A stretch of DNA of 64,000 bases from Candidatus Obscuribacterales bacterium (GCA_965228855.1 CBDDIJ010000005.1:96001-160000); one strand, 5' to 3'. Positions 19,701 to 30,796 are shown, numbered from the stretch's first letter. Notes: a model not told the origin generated them from the sequence alone. Translations and numbers: made by a program.

Positions 19701-21587
19701 ATGACTCTAGAAAACGTTAAAACTGAGACAGCTGAAGAGGAAGTCGACGAGCCGACAAGCGAGCAGACCCCCGATAACATAGTTGTGCTCAAGTACGGCA
19801 GTGAGATCATGGATGAGCTTCGGGCGCTGGCTGCCGGTAACCGTCTCTACGAGGCAGTAATCATCGATGTCACTTTGTGCGGTTACATGTTCGCCGCGGA
19901 GAATCTCATAGAAGCCGCTAGACTAGTCAATTCCCTGATCGAAGTAACCGGGGCTCTTATCTTCTTGAGAACAGACAGTGCCACCGCGATCGTTCGAGAG
20001 TCGATCACATCCGCACCATCCATCAGGGTTTTCGAGAGCTTCGCTGAAATTTTCGATTTCTCGCCTCAAGTAACCAAGTTTATAAAGACAACTCTCGGAA
20101 AAGACGCTGGCTTCGAAGAAGGTGGTGCTGACTTGTCTCAGCAGATCTTGCTGGCGGCCGTTCCTTCTTTTACAGAGGCCGGTTTAAGTAAAAAGACAAA
20201 CATTGAACAGGCCGGAAACACAAATCACTTGATGGCGCTTATCGACAACTACAGCCCGGTCGCGGCGATAGCCAGACGTGCCGCTGACAGGCTGACAGAG
20301 AATCAGATACTGGAAGCTCTTAAGGATTTGGAAACGAAGAAGCTCATATTCCCTATATTCGCGAAAGTTCCATTCCTCACAAACTACTTCAAGAGCAGGC
20401 GTTCCTTCACGCTGGAAGAATACTTGATGGGATGCAAAATCCTGAACCAGAGCCAGGTGGATGAACTTTTGCTCGAACTTCAAGGTACCAACATTCGCGA
20501 AAGAATGAACCTTGGAGCACTCGCAGTCAAGCGAGGAAAAATCACTTCGCGCATGCTTGAAATCGCCCTGGCCGACCAGGCGTTCTACGGTCAATCGGAG
20601 GCGAATAAGAGCAAAACGAAGATGTCGTCGTCAGCAACGTCAGCAACCGACGAAGCGAAGGTCCAGTCGCTTGTGGGACACCTTGGTTCCACCGACCCGA
20701 TGAGCCTTTTGCAAAACATGGCCACAAACCGTGAGACAGGGGTTTTGTCGGTTGAAAACCGCGACATGCAGTTTAAAGCTCATTTTGAGACAGGCAAGCC
20801 AGTCCACGCCCGTATTGGAAGACTACACGGCAATAAAGCAGTGATGGAATTTGCTTCGGCGTGGACGCAGGGAATTTTCGTTTTTATCAAACGCGATCCC
20901 TCTGAAGATCTCACGAAGGATACCTGCAAAGTCACCAAAGCACTTGAAAAATTGCTCCTGGACGCGGCGCTCGCGCAGGACAACATGCAAGTCGTCTGGG
21001 GGAAATTGCCGCGCGGAGCCGATTCCGTCCTCGAAAAAGATGAGTCCAAGAAGGAGAAGTTGGAAGGCGATCCGTTGATTGAGCCGAAAGAGAAAAAGCC
21101 TATAACCAAAGCGGAAATGGAATTAGTCAAGCGCGTTTATGAATCATTAGATGGGCTCACACCGCTTTCGCGCATTATCAAGCTTATGGGAGACATCACC
21201 ACATCCGACTTCAGCTGGGCAGTCGGCATGCTTCTTGAATATAATTTAGCGACGGTTCCGGACGGCGATATCGCCGGCCCGATGCAAAAATTCCAAAAGC
21301 TCGTACTTGGGATCCGAGAACATATCGGCAGCGACAGAAACAGCGCCTTCCTTCGCCTCAGCTTCCGCGACTCCCTGGGTTATTCGGGTCGCGCACGCGT
21401 CTTCATCTTGAGTTCTAAAGGTGAGGTCGATGTCGACATGGCGGCGGCGAGATCCGCCAACACCTCGCTATCGACCGTGGTCGCCGACCTTGAAAACTGG
21501 CAGGTGAAGTATATCGAATATGTTTCACAAGACCTGGACAGAGGCGTCCTTCTCAACATTATTCGCTCTGTCCACGAGAGCAGTTAG
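19701..21587 (+). CDS. DUF4388 (PatA-N-like) domain signalling protein
   Basis: LVGHLGSTDPMSLLQNMATNRETGVLSV...FETGKPVHA...WTQGIFVF...LEKLLLDA; preceded by MshEN-like NLGALAVKRGKI. Confidence 0.7.
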   Translation: MTLENVKTETAEEEVDEPTSEQTPDNIVVLKYGSEIMDELRALAAGNRLYEAVIIDVTLCGYMFAAENLIEAARLVNSLIEVTGALIFLRTDSATAIVRESITSAPSIRVFESFAEIFDFSPQVTKFIKTTLGKDAGFEEGGADLSQQILLAAVPSFTEAGLSKKTNIEQAGNTNHLMALIDNYSPVAAIARRAADRLTENQILEALKDLETKKLIFPIFAKVPFLTNYFKSRRSFTLEEYLMGCKILNQSQVDELLLELQGTNIRERMNLGALAVKRGKITSRMLEIALADQAFYGQSEANKSKTKMSSSATSATDEAKVQSLVGHLGSTDPMSLLQNMATNRETGVLSVENRDMQFKAHFETGKPVHARIGRLHGNKAVMEFASAWTQGIFVFIKRDPSEDLTKDTCKVTKALEKLLLDAALAQDNMQVVWGKLPRGADSVLEKDESKKEKLEGDPLIEPKEKKPITKAEMELVKRVYESLDGLTPLSRIIKLMGDITTSDFSWAVGMLLEYNLATVPDGDIAGPMQKFQKLVLGIREHIGSDRNSAFLRLSFRDSLGYSGRARVFILSSKGEVDVDMAAARSANTSLSTVVADLENWQVKYIEYVSQDLDRGVLLNIIRSVHESS

Positions 21588-21666
21588 AGAAACTAGGTTT
21601 AAAAACAAACTGCGCATAAAACGCTAAAATCTGTGAGTTGAAATCAGCTCTCAATTTGGCAGGTTT

Positions 21667-23796
21667 ATGAACACCAAGAAAAGCAAGTCATTCGTCACCT
21701 CGCTGTCCTATTTTTGCCTGATACCGTCTTTAGTGGCAGGCTCAGCGCTTTTGCAGCCGGCAAAAGCAGAGGAGAACAAAGCGACGGAGAAGCAGGAAAA
21801 GAAAGCCGCTGACAAAGCCGCCAAAAAAACAGAGAAAGACAAAGGCGAAGTAAAAACCTCGAAGCCCGAAAAGAGCAAAGGCGGGGAGAAGACCTCGAAG
21901 TCAGACAAGGTCAAGGGCTCAGGCAAAGAAGCTGATAAAACAGCCGACACAAAGAAGACTCCGTTCAAAGCTCAGGTGGAGCCGCAGCGCCGAAAAATTT
22001 CAACACCGGCTCCAGCCTACCCTGTAAAACTGGCAGTAGCATCGAACCCGAAAACATCAGCTGCGTTGCTGTCTAAACTAGGTTCTGATCCAAGCGATCT
22101 GGTCAGACGTCAGGTTGCTGCAAATCCAAGCTGTCCCCCCGAAGTTCGTAAGCAATTGGCGGACGATTCCGATCAATTGGTTATCGAAGCCCTGTTGAGA
22201 AACCCAACGCCGCTCGACGCAAAATTGCTCTACAACCTGGCCTCGTCCGGTCTGCCGAAAGTTTGTGAAACAATCGCGGCCAACCCAGCGACACCACCTG
22301 CGGTGCTATCTAAACTGGCTCACGGTCATACTCAAACCGAATTCTTGCTTCTCTCACTGGCGCGCAATAAGTCGACATCGCAAGACGTGGTCGACCGACT
22401 CGTCAAAGTAGGAGATCGCCTGGTCCGCACCTTCCTGGCGCGCCAAGCCGGTTTGAGCCTGCCCTCCTACCAAGCGCTGGCTGACGACGGAGACCTCGGC
22501 GTTCGTTCCATGGTTGCTGGAAATCCGTCGGTGCCTCCGGAGGTACTGGCGAAACTGGCCAAGGATCCGAACATGGTCGTCCGCATCGGAGTCGCCGGCA
22601 ACCCGAGCACTCCCCAAGATGCGCTCACCGACCTGGCCTCGGACAAGAGCTGGGAAGTAGAGATGGAAGTAGTGCTGAATCCATCCACTCCGATTAATAT
22701 CGTCGAATCACTCGCGAACGACAAAGAAGAGAAAGTTCGCTGGTCTGTGGCGGCGAATCCGGCGATTCCTGACACCATTTTGCAAAAACTGATCAAGGAC
22801 AAATCGATTCGCGTAAGAACGGCAGTGGCAGCCAATCCCAACACGAGCAAAGAGACGCTGAAGCTGCTCTTTGACAAACCGGAGATTGCAGTTGCTCAAG
22901 TCCTGGCCTCTAGAGCCGATCTTACAGAAGAGGATTTCGGGTCGCTGGCGAAAAATGAATCAGCGCTCGTGCGCTATGTGCTGGCAAACAACGCCGGCAT
23001 ACCGGTGAACGTAGCGAAAGAACTCGCAAAAGATTCTGACTATGCCGTGCGAGCCGCGCTGGCCGCCAACACTTTCCAGAAATCGACGGATAAGGCGGCG
23101 ATGGCAGAGCTTCTGACCGCCCTGGGCAGCGATCAGAATGAAATCGTTCGTCAGGCCCTTGCAACCAACTCGAGCGCACCGCAAAGTGTTCTCACGTTGC
23201 TCGGACACGACAACTGCTCCAACGTATTGAAAGGTTTAGCCGCTAACCCTTCGACGCCTGCGGATACTCTGCTGGTACTTGCAGATTGCAAAGATCTCGG
23301 AGTAAAACAGCAGTTGCTCTTCCGTCGCGACGCCTCTGAAGAAGTGGTCAAGCGAGTTGCCGACGATGCAGACACTGTATTGAAAATAAACCTGGCGTCT
23401 TCGGCGGCGACGAAACCTTATGTGCTGGAGCACTTGTCGACAGACAAAGATCCCTCGGTGCGCGCTGTGGCGGCGGCTCATCCCGCGATGCCCGCCGACA
23501 GTTTGCTGCAGCTGTCCAAGGACAGCAGTCCGATCGTCAGAGCATCGGCAGCAGCAAACCCCTCAGCCAAGGGTGACATTCTCGGCAATCTCTCCGGTGA
23601 CACAGAGGATCGCGTCAGAATTGCGGTCGCCTCCAATCCAGGGGCAGGCGCTGAGATTCTCGGAAAACTTGCAAAAGACCAACGTCCGGAAGTTCGCCGC
23701 GCCGTTGCATCGAATCCGCAAGCGACCGATGATGTGCTACAAACTCTCGCACAGGATGATGTGACGTGGCTCGCAACGCCGGAAGCCGCGCAGTAA
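21667..23796 (+). CDS. Secreted leucine-rich-repeat-variant/HEAT-like repeat protein
   Basis: Signal peptide (AKA-EE), Lys-rich linker, more than 20 ~24-aa repeats LAxD...VRxAVAxNPxTP. Confidence 0.85.
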   Translation: MNTKKSKSFVTSLSYFCLIPSLVAGSALLQPAKAEENKATEKQEKKAADKAAKKTEKDKGEVKTSKPEKSKGGEKTSKSDKVKGSGKEADKTADTKKTPFKAQVEPQRRKISTPAPAYPVKLAVASNPKTSAALLSKLGSDPSDLVRRQVAANPSCPPEVRKQLADDSDQLVIEALLRNPTPLDAKLLYNLASSGLPKVCETIAANPATPPAVLSKLAHGHTQTEFLLLSLARNKSTSQDVVDRLVKVGDRLVRTFLARQAGLSLPSYQALADDGDLGVRSMVAGNPSVPPEVLAKLAKDPNMVVRIGVAGNPSTPQDALTDLASDKSWEVEMEVVLNPSTPINIVESLANDKEEKVRWSVAANPAIPDTILQKLIKDKSIRVRTAVAANPNTSKETLKLLFDKPEIAVAQVLASRADLTEEDFGSLAKNESALVRYVLANNAGIPVNVAKELAKDSDYAVRAALAANTFQKSTDKAAMAELLTALGSDQNEIVRQALATNSSAPQSVLTLLGHDNCSNVLKGLAANPSTPADTLLVLADCKDLGVKQQLLFRRDASEEVVKRVADDADTVLKINLASSAATKPYVLEHLSTDKDPSVRAVAAAHPAMPADSLLQLSKDSSPIVRASAAANPSAKGDILGNLSGDTEDRVRIAVASNPGAGAEILGKLAKDQRPEVRRAVASNPQATDDVLQTLAQDDVTWLATPEAAQ

Positions 23797-23843
23797 GTTA
23801 AGGTTGGGATCGCGCTGCTCAGGCGGCGACAGAAGAGGAAATA

Positions 23844-25049
23844 ATGAAAGAGGTAGTCATAGTTGATGCGTGCCGCACTCCAATCGGTCGGTATGGTGGC
23901 GCACTTAAAGATGTTCGCGCAGATGATCTGGCAGCGATAGTCATCAAAGCAATCTTAGCGAGAAACAATTTTGATCCGAGTTTGGTCGAAGATGTTCTCA
24001 TGGGGTGCGCCAATCAAGCAGGCGAAGACAACCGCAACGTGGCACGTATGGCACTGCTGCTTGCAGGTCTACCTGTCACCGTCCCTGGTGGTACGGTCAA
24101 TCGCCTTTGCGGGTCCGGTCTAATGGCGATCAACGAAGCGGCCAAGGCGATCCAGGTGGGCGAAGGAGATATCTACATCGCAGGCGGAGTCGAGTCGATG
24201 ACTCGCTCTCCATTCGTCATGGCAAAGCCTGAAGGCGCGTTTCCCCGCGGCGAAATCAAAATGTTTGATACCACTCTAGGCTGGCGCTTCACCAACCCGA
24301 AGCTTGCCGAGATGCACTATCCATACTCGATGGGAGAAACAGCTGAAAACGTCGCGGAGAAGTTCAAAATCTCTCGCGAGGATCAAGACGAGTTTGCGGT
24401 TTCAAGTCAAACGAAATATCGAGACGCGCAAATGAAGGGCTCCTTCAAGTCTGAGATTGTGAAAGTAGAACTGCCTCCCAAGAAAGGCTCCAAAGAACCG
24501 CAACTGGTAGACACGGACGAACATCCAAGACCGGAAACCTCAATCGCCGATTTGCAGAGGTTGAAACCGGCTTTCCGTGAAGGCGGCTCGGTCACGGCCG
24601 GCAATTCGTCCGGTATCAATGATGGTGCCGCAGCAGTTCTTCTGATGTCGGCGGAGAAAGCTAAAGAGCTTGGAGCCAAGCCACTTGCGCGGTTCATTTC
24701 TTCCGGAGTGTCAGGCGTAGATCCGGCGATAATGGGCATCGGTCCAATCGAAGCATCACGCAAAGCGTTATCCAGAGCGAAACTGGAAGTTAAAGACCTC
24801 GACCTGATCGAATTGAACGAAGCATTCGCAGCTCAGGTTCTAGCTTGTCAGAGAGAACTAAAAATCCCGCTCGACAAACTGAACGTGAACGGCGGCGCCA
24901 TCGCCCTCGGACACCCGCTCGGAGCATCGGGAGCACGGATATTGACTACGCTCATCCATGAGCTCAAGCGTACTGAGGGTCGATACGGTCTCGCCAGCAT
25001 GTGCATCGGCGTCGGACAGGGAATCGCTGCTGTTATCGAACGCGCCTGA
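23844..25049 (+). CDS. Acetyl-CoA C-acyltransferase (thiolase, PcaF/PaaJ-like)
   Basis: [28 protein letters not shown]. Confidence 0.95.
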   Translation: MKEVVIVDACRTPIGRYGGALKDVRADDLAAIVIKAILARNNFDPSLVEDVLMGCANQAGEDNRNVARMALLLAGLPVTVPGGTVNRLCGSGLMAINEAAKAIQVGEGDIYIAGGVESMTRSPFVMAKPEGAFPRGEIKMFDTTLGWRFTNPKLAEMHYPYSMGETAENVAEKFKISREDQDEFAVSSQTKYRDAQMKGSFKSEIVKVELPPKKGSKEPQLVDTDEHPRPETSIADLQRLKPAFREGGSVTAGNSSGINDGAAAVLLMSAEKAKELGAKPLARFISSGVSGVDPAIMGIGPIEASRKALSRAKLEVKDLDLIELNEAFAAQVLACQRELKIPLDKLNVNGGAIALGHPLGASGARILTTLIHELKRTEGRYGLASMCIGVGQGIAAVIERA

Positions 25050-25179
25050 GCGCACGTCCGATAAAAGAGTGAGTTTCGCCAACATAAACGATAAGGTTTA
25101 AGTTACGGGCTCAGTCAGGTATAAAATCAAGAGATAAGCAGGCACTACCTGAGAAAGGTTCAGGTGTTTGAAAGGGAAC

Positions 25180-26448
25180 ATGTCCTCCACTTTCAAGTTT
25201 CTTCAGTTGTCCGATGTCCACCTCGATTCCCCTCAGAATCGCGGTGTACTTTCATACTCCTCCGCACAGAGAGCGGCTCGCTATACCGATCTGGTAGAGT
25301 CACTGGTTGGCGCGATGCGTGTGGCCAGCGACCAGAAGGTCGACGCGGTTTTGATCCCGGGCGGTCTTTGGGATCATCGCAGCATACGTGGGGAAACAGC
25401 CGGTACTGTTCTTGAAGCTATCGCGGAGTTGAATGACATACCTGTCTTCATCACGCCTGGTGAAGGTGATCCATACACACTCGACAGCTATTACCACCCC
25501 ACTTTTCTAGCGGCACGCGGCATGAGAAGTTGGCCGAAAAATGCTTTTGTGTTCAACTCGCCTGAGTTTACGACTTTCAAACATCCAAGCCGAGACGACA
25601 TTGCTGTCACAGGCTACGCTCATTTGAGTTCGCGAAAAATTTCCGACAGACTGCTGGGCAGCTATGTAAACCGTGATGATAACGTGACTTTCAACATACT
25701 GCTATTTCACGGATCGCTGGACTCGTATCCTGGAATCGACGGGCATGCAGATAGGATTACTGCGCCATTCTCGGTAGAAGAGCTTGCCGCCCAGCGTTTC
25801 AACTACACAGCCCTTGGACATTTCCATGAATACACGGAATTATGCGATGAAAACGATCAGGTGATCGGGGCTTACTCAGGCTGTTTGAGCGGTCGAAATT
25901 TCGATGAACTCGGTCCGCGAGTTGCAATGTTGGGAACTGTGACCGTCGACGACAACGGTCAGAGTTCAACTTTGCTGGAACCGATTGAAGTGGCAAGCAA
26001 CCGCCTCACTTACCTTCCTATTGATGTATCGGGACTCGACGCAGAAGGGATAAAAGCAGAAATAGAGTACGGGGTTCAAGAACTGGAAATCAGGCCGGAT
26101 GTGGATATCGTGTGCATCAGCCTCGAGGGCACGCACACACCGGACGTGGAGCCTTATTCGATCGCTCAAAAACTCCGCCCCGATTTCTATCACCTTCTGA
26201 TTGTGGATAGAACCAGACCTGATTATTTAGCCGAAGAATACGATCCGCGCACCACCGAATACAAATATCTGGAGAGCATGTTGGAGAAACAGCGCCAGGC
26301 GGAAGCGAAGCGCGCGGAGAATCCGAACGCCGATACATTGAACAATGTTCCGGGATTTCTGATGTCGGCAAAAACGATTGAAGATGCGCTCTACTACGGT
26401 CTCGATGCACTCAAGCGACAAAAGGTAACTCATCGCCATGTGGATTGA
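25180..26448 (+). CDS. Mre11/SbcD/YhaO-like metallophosphoesterase-fold protein with degenerate active site
   Basis: SDVHLD, FHGS and LGHFH present; motifs II/III read GGLWD and GEGD; coupled to an SMC-like ATPase gene. Confidence 0.85.
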   Translation: MSSTFKFLQLSDVHLDSPQNRGVLSYSSAQRAARYTDLVESLVGAMRVASDQKVDAVLIPGGLWDHRSIRGETAGTVLEAIAELNDIPVFITPGEGDPYTLDSYYHPTFLAARGMRSWPKNAFVFNSPEFTTFKHPSRDDIAVTGYAHLSSRKISDRLLGSYVNRDDNVTFNILLFHGSLDSYPGIDGHADRITAPFSVEELAAQRFNYTALGHFHEYTELCDENDQVIGAYSGCLSGRNFDELGPRVAMLGTVTVDDNGQSSTLLEPIEVASNRLTYLPIDVSGLDAEGIKAEIEYGVQELEIRPDVDIVCISLEGTHTPDVEPYSIAQKLRPDFYHLLIVDRTRPDYLAEEYDPRTTEYKYLESMLEKQRQAEAKRAENPNADTLNNVPGFLMSAKTIEDALYYGLDALKRQKVTHRHVD

Positions 26449-29422
26449 GAAGATCACACTTTATGGATTTGGTGGCATCACCAACGAAGAAATTGAGTTT
26501 GGCTCCGACGAACTCAATTTAATTGTGGAGTCCAATGAGTACGGCAAGTCCACTCTGGCTGAAGGAATCTGGGCAACCCTCTTTGATTTTCCGGAACACG
26601 GCAGCAAAGCAGCGATTCAAGAACGCGAACACTTCAAACCGTGGGAAGAAAAAGCACCCTACAAAGCGGTTCTCGAACTGCGAGTCGACGATCGCCCGCT
26701 GCGAATCACCAGAAATTTCGAGAAGAAGGAAGTCGAGGTCTTTGACAGAAGCACAAATCAAGACGTGACCGCCGAGTTCACATCCGGCGGGAAAGACCAT
26801 ACAGATGGTGACACAATAGGCTTTAAGATCACAGGTATGAGTCGCGATCTATTTCGCAACACTTGCCTGCTTGGTCAACGCCATCTCGATGCGCACCATG
26901 TTGGTGGCTCAAGCGACATAGCACCTGTTTTTCAAGGGATGGCGGACACCGCCAGTCCGGTTAGCACCGCCAGTGGTGCAATTGAGTCGTTGAATGAAGC
27001 TCTCCAAGACTACACATTCGCGGGCGCGTCCTCGAAAAAAATGTCTGTCGAAGATGCGATAAAGGAACTGGAGTCAAGCAAAACGGAGCTTCACCAGAAG
27101 CTTGCCCAGATGGACATCGAGTTCCGAAAGACCTCGGAACTTCTAGAGGAGTTGAACTCGCTCGATGAAGCCGTTGAGGGAAGTGAGCCGGTTGAAGTCG
27201 ATCCGACGCTGGCAAGTGAGTTCGACGCTTACCGTTTGGAACTGAAAGAACTGGAACGAAAACTAGAAAACGCGTCGCAGCGGTACGAGCAGAAGTTAAA
27301 GCTGGAGGAGGATTTGCGAGCCATAGACATGGCAGCTCCGATCAGCGCTTCGGCAGCCCTTGCCCTCAAAGACCTGTGGACAAGAAAACAATCGCGCCAG
27401 ACCGATGCAGATCGACTTGCCGAAGATATTGCGCCTCAGCAAGAAGAGTACGAGCGTCTCGAACAGGAGATTCGCGAACGCTACAAAAACTTAGAATCGC
27501 TTACAGTAGATGAAGCAAACAGCATATCCGCTCTGGCAATCAGTCTATACAAGCTGCAGCAAGATCTCAACGATCTTCAGAGACAGCACAAAGAGCAAGC
27601 CGGAATGCATTTGCAGAAGCTTATGGTTTCCAGCAAGCAAGCCGGCGCAGCACTTGATGTGCTCAAGTCGCTTACTAAGGTGGAAATAGAAGAGGCGAAA
27701 AACTATTCTTCGCTTCTAATCATGTTTTACGAGCAGGTTCAAGAAGAACAAAAACGCATTCAAGAAGTCAAATTTAGCATCGACGACATCGAAGAGCGCA
27801 GACGTCACAATCGCAACGCTAACACAGGAAAGATGCTCGGCTGTTTTGTCGCAGCCATAGTTTGCGTCGTGTTTCTGATCTTCTCTCAAGGCGTCAAAGA
27901 GATTCCTCAGATTGCAGTCATTGCAACTGTGTGTGTTTTTCTCCTTGCATTTCTGGCAGGTTTAGTCTTTGCTGGAATGATTTTAAATTTCAGATACTAT
28001 TTAAAGGACGACGCAGCAAGCGCGAGTGAAGAAGAGCAAAAACACAAGAAAGCTCTGGCTGCTGTTAAAACCAAGATTGCCAACCTCGAAAGCAAGCTGA
28101 CGGCTTTAGCGGTAAAAACGGGAACGCCGAACAGAGAAGATCTGATCAGATTTATAAACGAAGCATCGACCCACGAAGACGTACTCTCCGAGCAGGAGAA
28201 CAGAGATCAGTCGCTCGGCAACGAAGAAGCTCGCATGCGAAAAATACAGCGGGACCTAACCTACTTTTTCGACAAAGCCGGACGCGATAGCAGTGTAATA
28301 GATTCACAGCGTGCGATGGATTTATCGCAAGACATCCAGCAGTATCATAAGGAACGAGAGGCGCTAGAAGCGCAGTTTAACGAAATCCGCACGACCCGGA
28401 AACAACTTGATTTTCTTCTTGCAGAAATCGACGATAGCGCACGCGAATTGGAGATTTTGCTGGAGCGCTCCGGGGTGGAGATCGTCAACCAGGACGAAAT
28501 CCAAGACAAGATCAACGAGCTTTTGCAGTCGGATGTCGATAGACAGGCCGTGCAGAACGAAATCGCGAAGATAGACTACGACCTTGCAGGCTACCAGGAC
28601 GCACGCGAAGCGATTACCAATATGGAATTCGAACGTGACGTCATCAAAGACAAAATCCGCAATTTGATTCACGAACATCCGGACCTCCAGCACTTACCGG
28701 AACCCGATGAGTCTGCGCCAAAGAAAGCCGTGCTCCCATGGGGAGCGACACCGGAACCGGTGGCGACAGCGAAGAAAGCGAAAGTCGATAACGGTGCGAA
28801 AAAGGAAGAGCTGCTCGTACAGATCCGCACAGCCATGAACTATCGTGACGAACACTATCTTGAGACGGTCGAAGATCTAGCGAATATAGACCACGAGTTA
28901 ACCTGCGCAAAACGGGCGAAGCTGGCACTTACGATGGCTCGGGACGTGATCTCAAAACTTTCTTCTGAAACCTACGAGGACTGGTCGCAAGAGCTGAACA
29001 AGGAATCGGAGCGGCTGATCTCCCAGTTGAACATGGACATCGAGAGTATGGCTTTCGATCATTCGCTACGAATGGTTTTCAAACTCAGAGGGCATGACCG
29101 CGAATTCAGTTCCCAGGATGTTGCGAAACTATCAACTGGAACTCGCGAGCAAATTCACTGGTTGGCGCGCATCATATTGTCCAGCTTCTTGTCTAAACGC
29201 CAATCACTGCCGATCGTGCTTGATGAGCCCTTCAGTGAAGCTGATGACGCGCGCTTCTTGAGCATGATGCGTTTTCTTATCAACTCTATCGCTCCGCACA
29301 ATCAAATCATCATTTTGAGCTGCCACCACCAACGACACCAGTGGCTGGCATCGCAACTGAGTGCAACCGAGCAAGGCAAACTTTCGTTCCGGGCACGTAA
29401 AGGCGCTCTCTCTATTAACTAG
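26438..29422 (+). CDS. YhaN/SbcC-like SMC-family ATPase with coiled coils and two central TM helices
   Basis: Walker A-like ESNEYGKST, signature LSTGTREQ, Walker B IVLDEPF, H-loop SCH; hydrophobic hairpin ~27830-27990. Confidence 0.85.
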   Translation: MWIEKITLYGFGGITNEEIEFGSDELNLIVESNEYGKSTLAEGIWATLFDFPEHGSKAAIQEREHFKPWEEKAPYKAVLELRVDDRPLRITRNFEKKEVEVFDRSTNQDVTAEFTSGGKDHTDGDTIGFKITGMSRDLFRNTCLLGQRHLDAHHVGGSSDIAPVFQGMADTASPVSTASGAIESLNEALQDYTFAGASSKKMSVEDAIKELESSKTELHQKLAQMDIEFRKTSELLEELNSLDEAVEGSEPVEVDPTLASEFDAYRLELKELERKLENASQRYEQKLKLEEDLRAIDMAAPISASAALALKDLWTRKQSRQTDADRLAEDIAPQQEEYERLEQEIRERYKNLESLTVDEANSISALAISLYKLQQDLNDLQRQHKEQAGMHLQKLMVSSKQAGAALDVLKSLTKVEIEEAKNYSSLLIMFYEQVQEEQKRIQEVKFSIDDIEERRRHNRNANTGKMLGCFVAAIVCVVFLIFSQGVKEIPQIAVIATVCVFLLAFLAGLVFAGMILNFRYYLKDDAASASEEEQKHKKALAAVKTKIANLESKLTALAVKTGTPNREDLIRFINEASTHEDVLSEQENRDQSLGNEEARMRKIQRDLTYFFDKAGRDSSVIDSQRAMDLSQDIQQYHKEREALEAQFNEIRTTRKQLDFLLAEIDDSARELEILLERSGVEIVNQDEIQDKINELLQSDVDRQAVQNEIAKIDYDLAGYQDAREAITNMEFERDVIKDKIRNLIHEHPDLQHLPEPDESAPKKAVLPWGATPEPVATAKKAKVDNGAKKEELLVQIRTAMNYRDEHYLETVEDLANIDHELTCAKRAKLALTMARDVISKLSSETYEDWSQELNKESERLISQLNMDIESMAFDHSLRMVFKLRGHDREFSSQDVAKLSTGTREQIHWLARIILSSFLSKRQSLPIVLDEPFSEADDARFLSMMRFLINSIAPHNQIIILSCHHQRHQWLASQLSATEQGKLSFRARKGALSIN

Positions 29423-30561
29423 GGAGTGATGCTGACCGGCGGCTTGGATGTGATCGACTGCGGCAGCGTTATCCGGATGATTGAATTATCTTCTTGCTGG
29501 CTGACGAAGAGATTTCCGCCTGGTCCCAGCGTCAGGTAATACGGCTTTTTAAAATCGGTAGCGATAACCGTCGAAATACCGGCTGGAGTGATGCGAGCGA
29601 CGGTACCGCCCGAGTAGTTTGCCACATAGATGTTGCCACCATCATCAGCAACCAGACCGATCGGACCTTTCAAATGGCCGCCGGTCGCAAAGGTTGAGCG
29701 AGTGCCATCACGACTGATGCGATCGACAGAGTTGCTGTTGAAATTGGCCACATAAAGATTGCCCTGATTGTCGAACGTCAATCCAGACGGTGCATGGAAG
29801 CCTGTTGCGATCACGCGGACCGCTGAGTTTGCGAGGACCGGAGTCGGTTTAGAACCGCCGCTGGTGCTTCCCGTAGCTGGAGGCGTCTGGCTTTGCGTAT
29901 AAGTTCGAGGCGCGGTATTTTGCGGCGTCTGCAGATTTGTTGCTGGCGGCGTATAGGTCTGAGAGGGCGGAGAGTAGCTTTGCGGCGGCGACTGCGCCGG
30001 CGGCTGGTATGTTTGAGCCGGCGGCGACTGAGTTTGCTGAGGTGCCGGACGCGCACTCTCTGTCGTCGAGGGAAGCGCGGTAGGTGTCGTATTTCCGGTC
30101 GCTATTTTCTGATCGCACTCCTGCCCTTTCCGCTGAGCATCCTGGAAATGCACGTTGGCAGGTGCAATTTGATTGAACCATTTTTTCGCTTCGGCATACT
30201 GTCCGAGTCCCATGTTGACCACTCCGAGCTGAAATTGAGCATCGGCATCGGCTGGTTTGACGCGCAATACTTCTTCGAAGCGACTAACTGACTCTTTCAG
30301 TCGACGCTGACTCTGGTACAGAACGCCAAGGTTGTACTGAGCATCTGCAAGGTTCGGGTCAATATCAGTCGCTCGTTTAAAGAAAATAATCGCCGACTCA
30401 GGACTGCCCTGCTTATATGCGTTGAGCCCTAAGTTATACATACTAATCGCGCGAGGGTCCGTGCTCTGGGCGAAAGCAGCTTTCTCGACAAGACCGAGAT
30501 CGGTACCGACCAGGATCGAGCATGCTATCAAAGAAAGGGCGACTCGTTGCAATGGCATCAT
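29419..30561 (-). CDS. Secreted TPR + Pro/Gln/Thr linker + NHL-repeat beta-propeller protein
   Basis: Signal peptide, YNLG TPRs, PSGLTFDNQGNLYVAN and PIGLVADDGGNIYVAN repeats. Confidence 0.85.
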   Translation of the reverse strand: MMPLQRVALSLIACSILVGTDLGLVEKAAFAQSTDPRAISMYNLGLNAYKQGSPESAIIFFKRATDIDPNLADAQYNLGVLYQSQRRLKESVSRFEEVLRVKPADADAQFQLGVVNMGLGQYAEAKKWFNQIAPANVHFQDAQRKGQECDQKIATGNTTPTALPSTTESARPAPQQTQSPPAQTYQPPAQSPPQSYSPPSQTYTPPATNLQTPQNTAPRTYTQSQTPPATGSTSGGSKPTPVLANSAVRVIATGFHAPSGLTFDNQGNLYVANFNSNSVDRISRDGTRSTFATGGHLKGPIGLVADDGGNIYVANYSGGTVARITPAGISTVIATDFKKPYYLTLGPGGNLFVSQQEDNSIIRITLPQSITSKPPVSITP

Positions 30562-30796
30562 CAGCGAACAACTCCTGAAACGTTAACAGGTTCTAGGTTT
30601 CCAGCTCTAGAACCATGACTAAGAAAGACTCGAATACCCGAAATCAAAGCTGGGCCTGTGATTTTATGCCAAAAAAGGGAAGATCGTTTAGCATGGAGGT
30701 ATGAGCCTTCGCTCATAATCGACCCAGAGTTGAATCGATTACCAGAGCAATTTTAGAAGGGTTCATCCTAATTAGCATGAGAGGAAGCCACAGATT

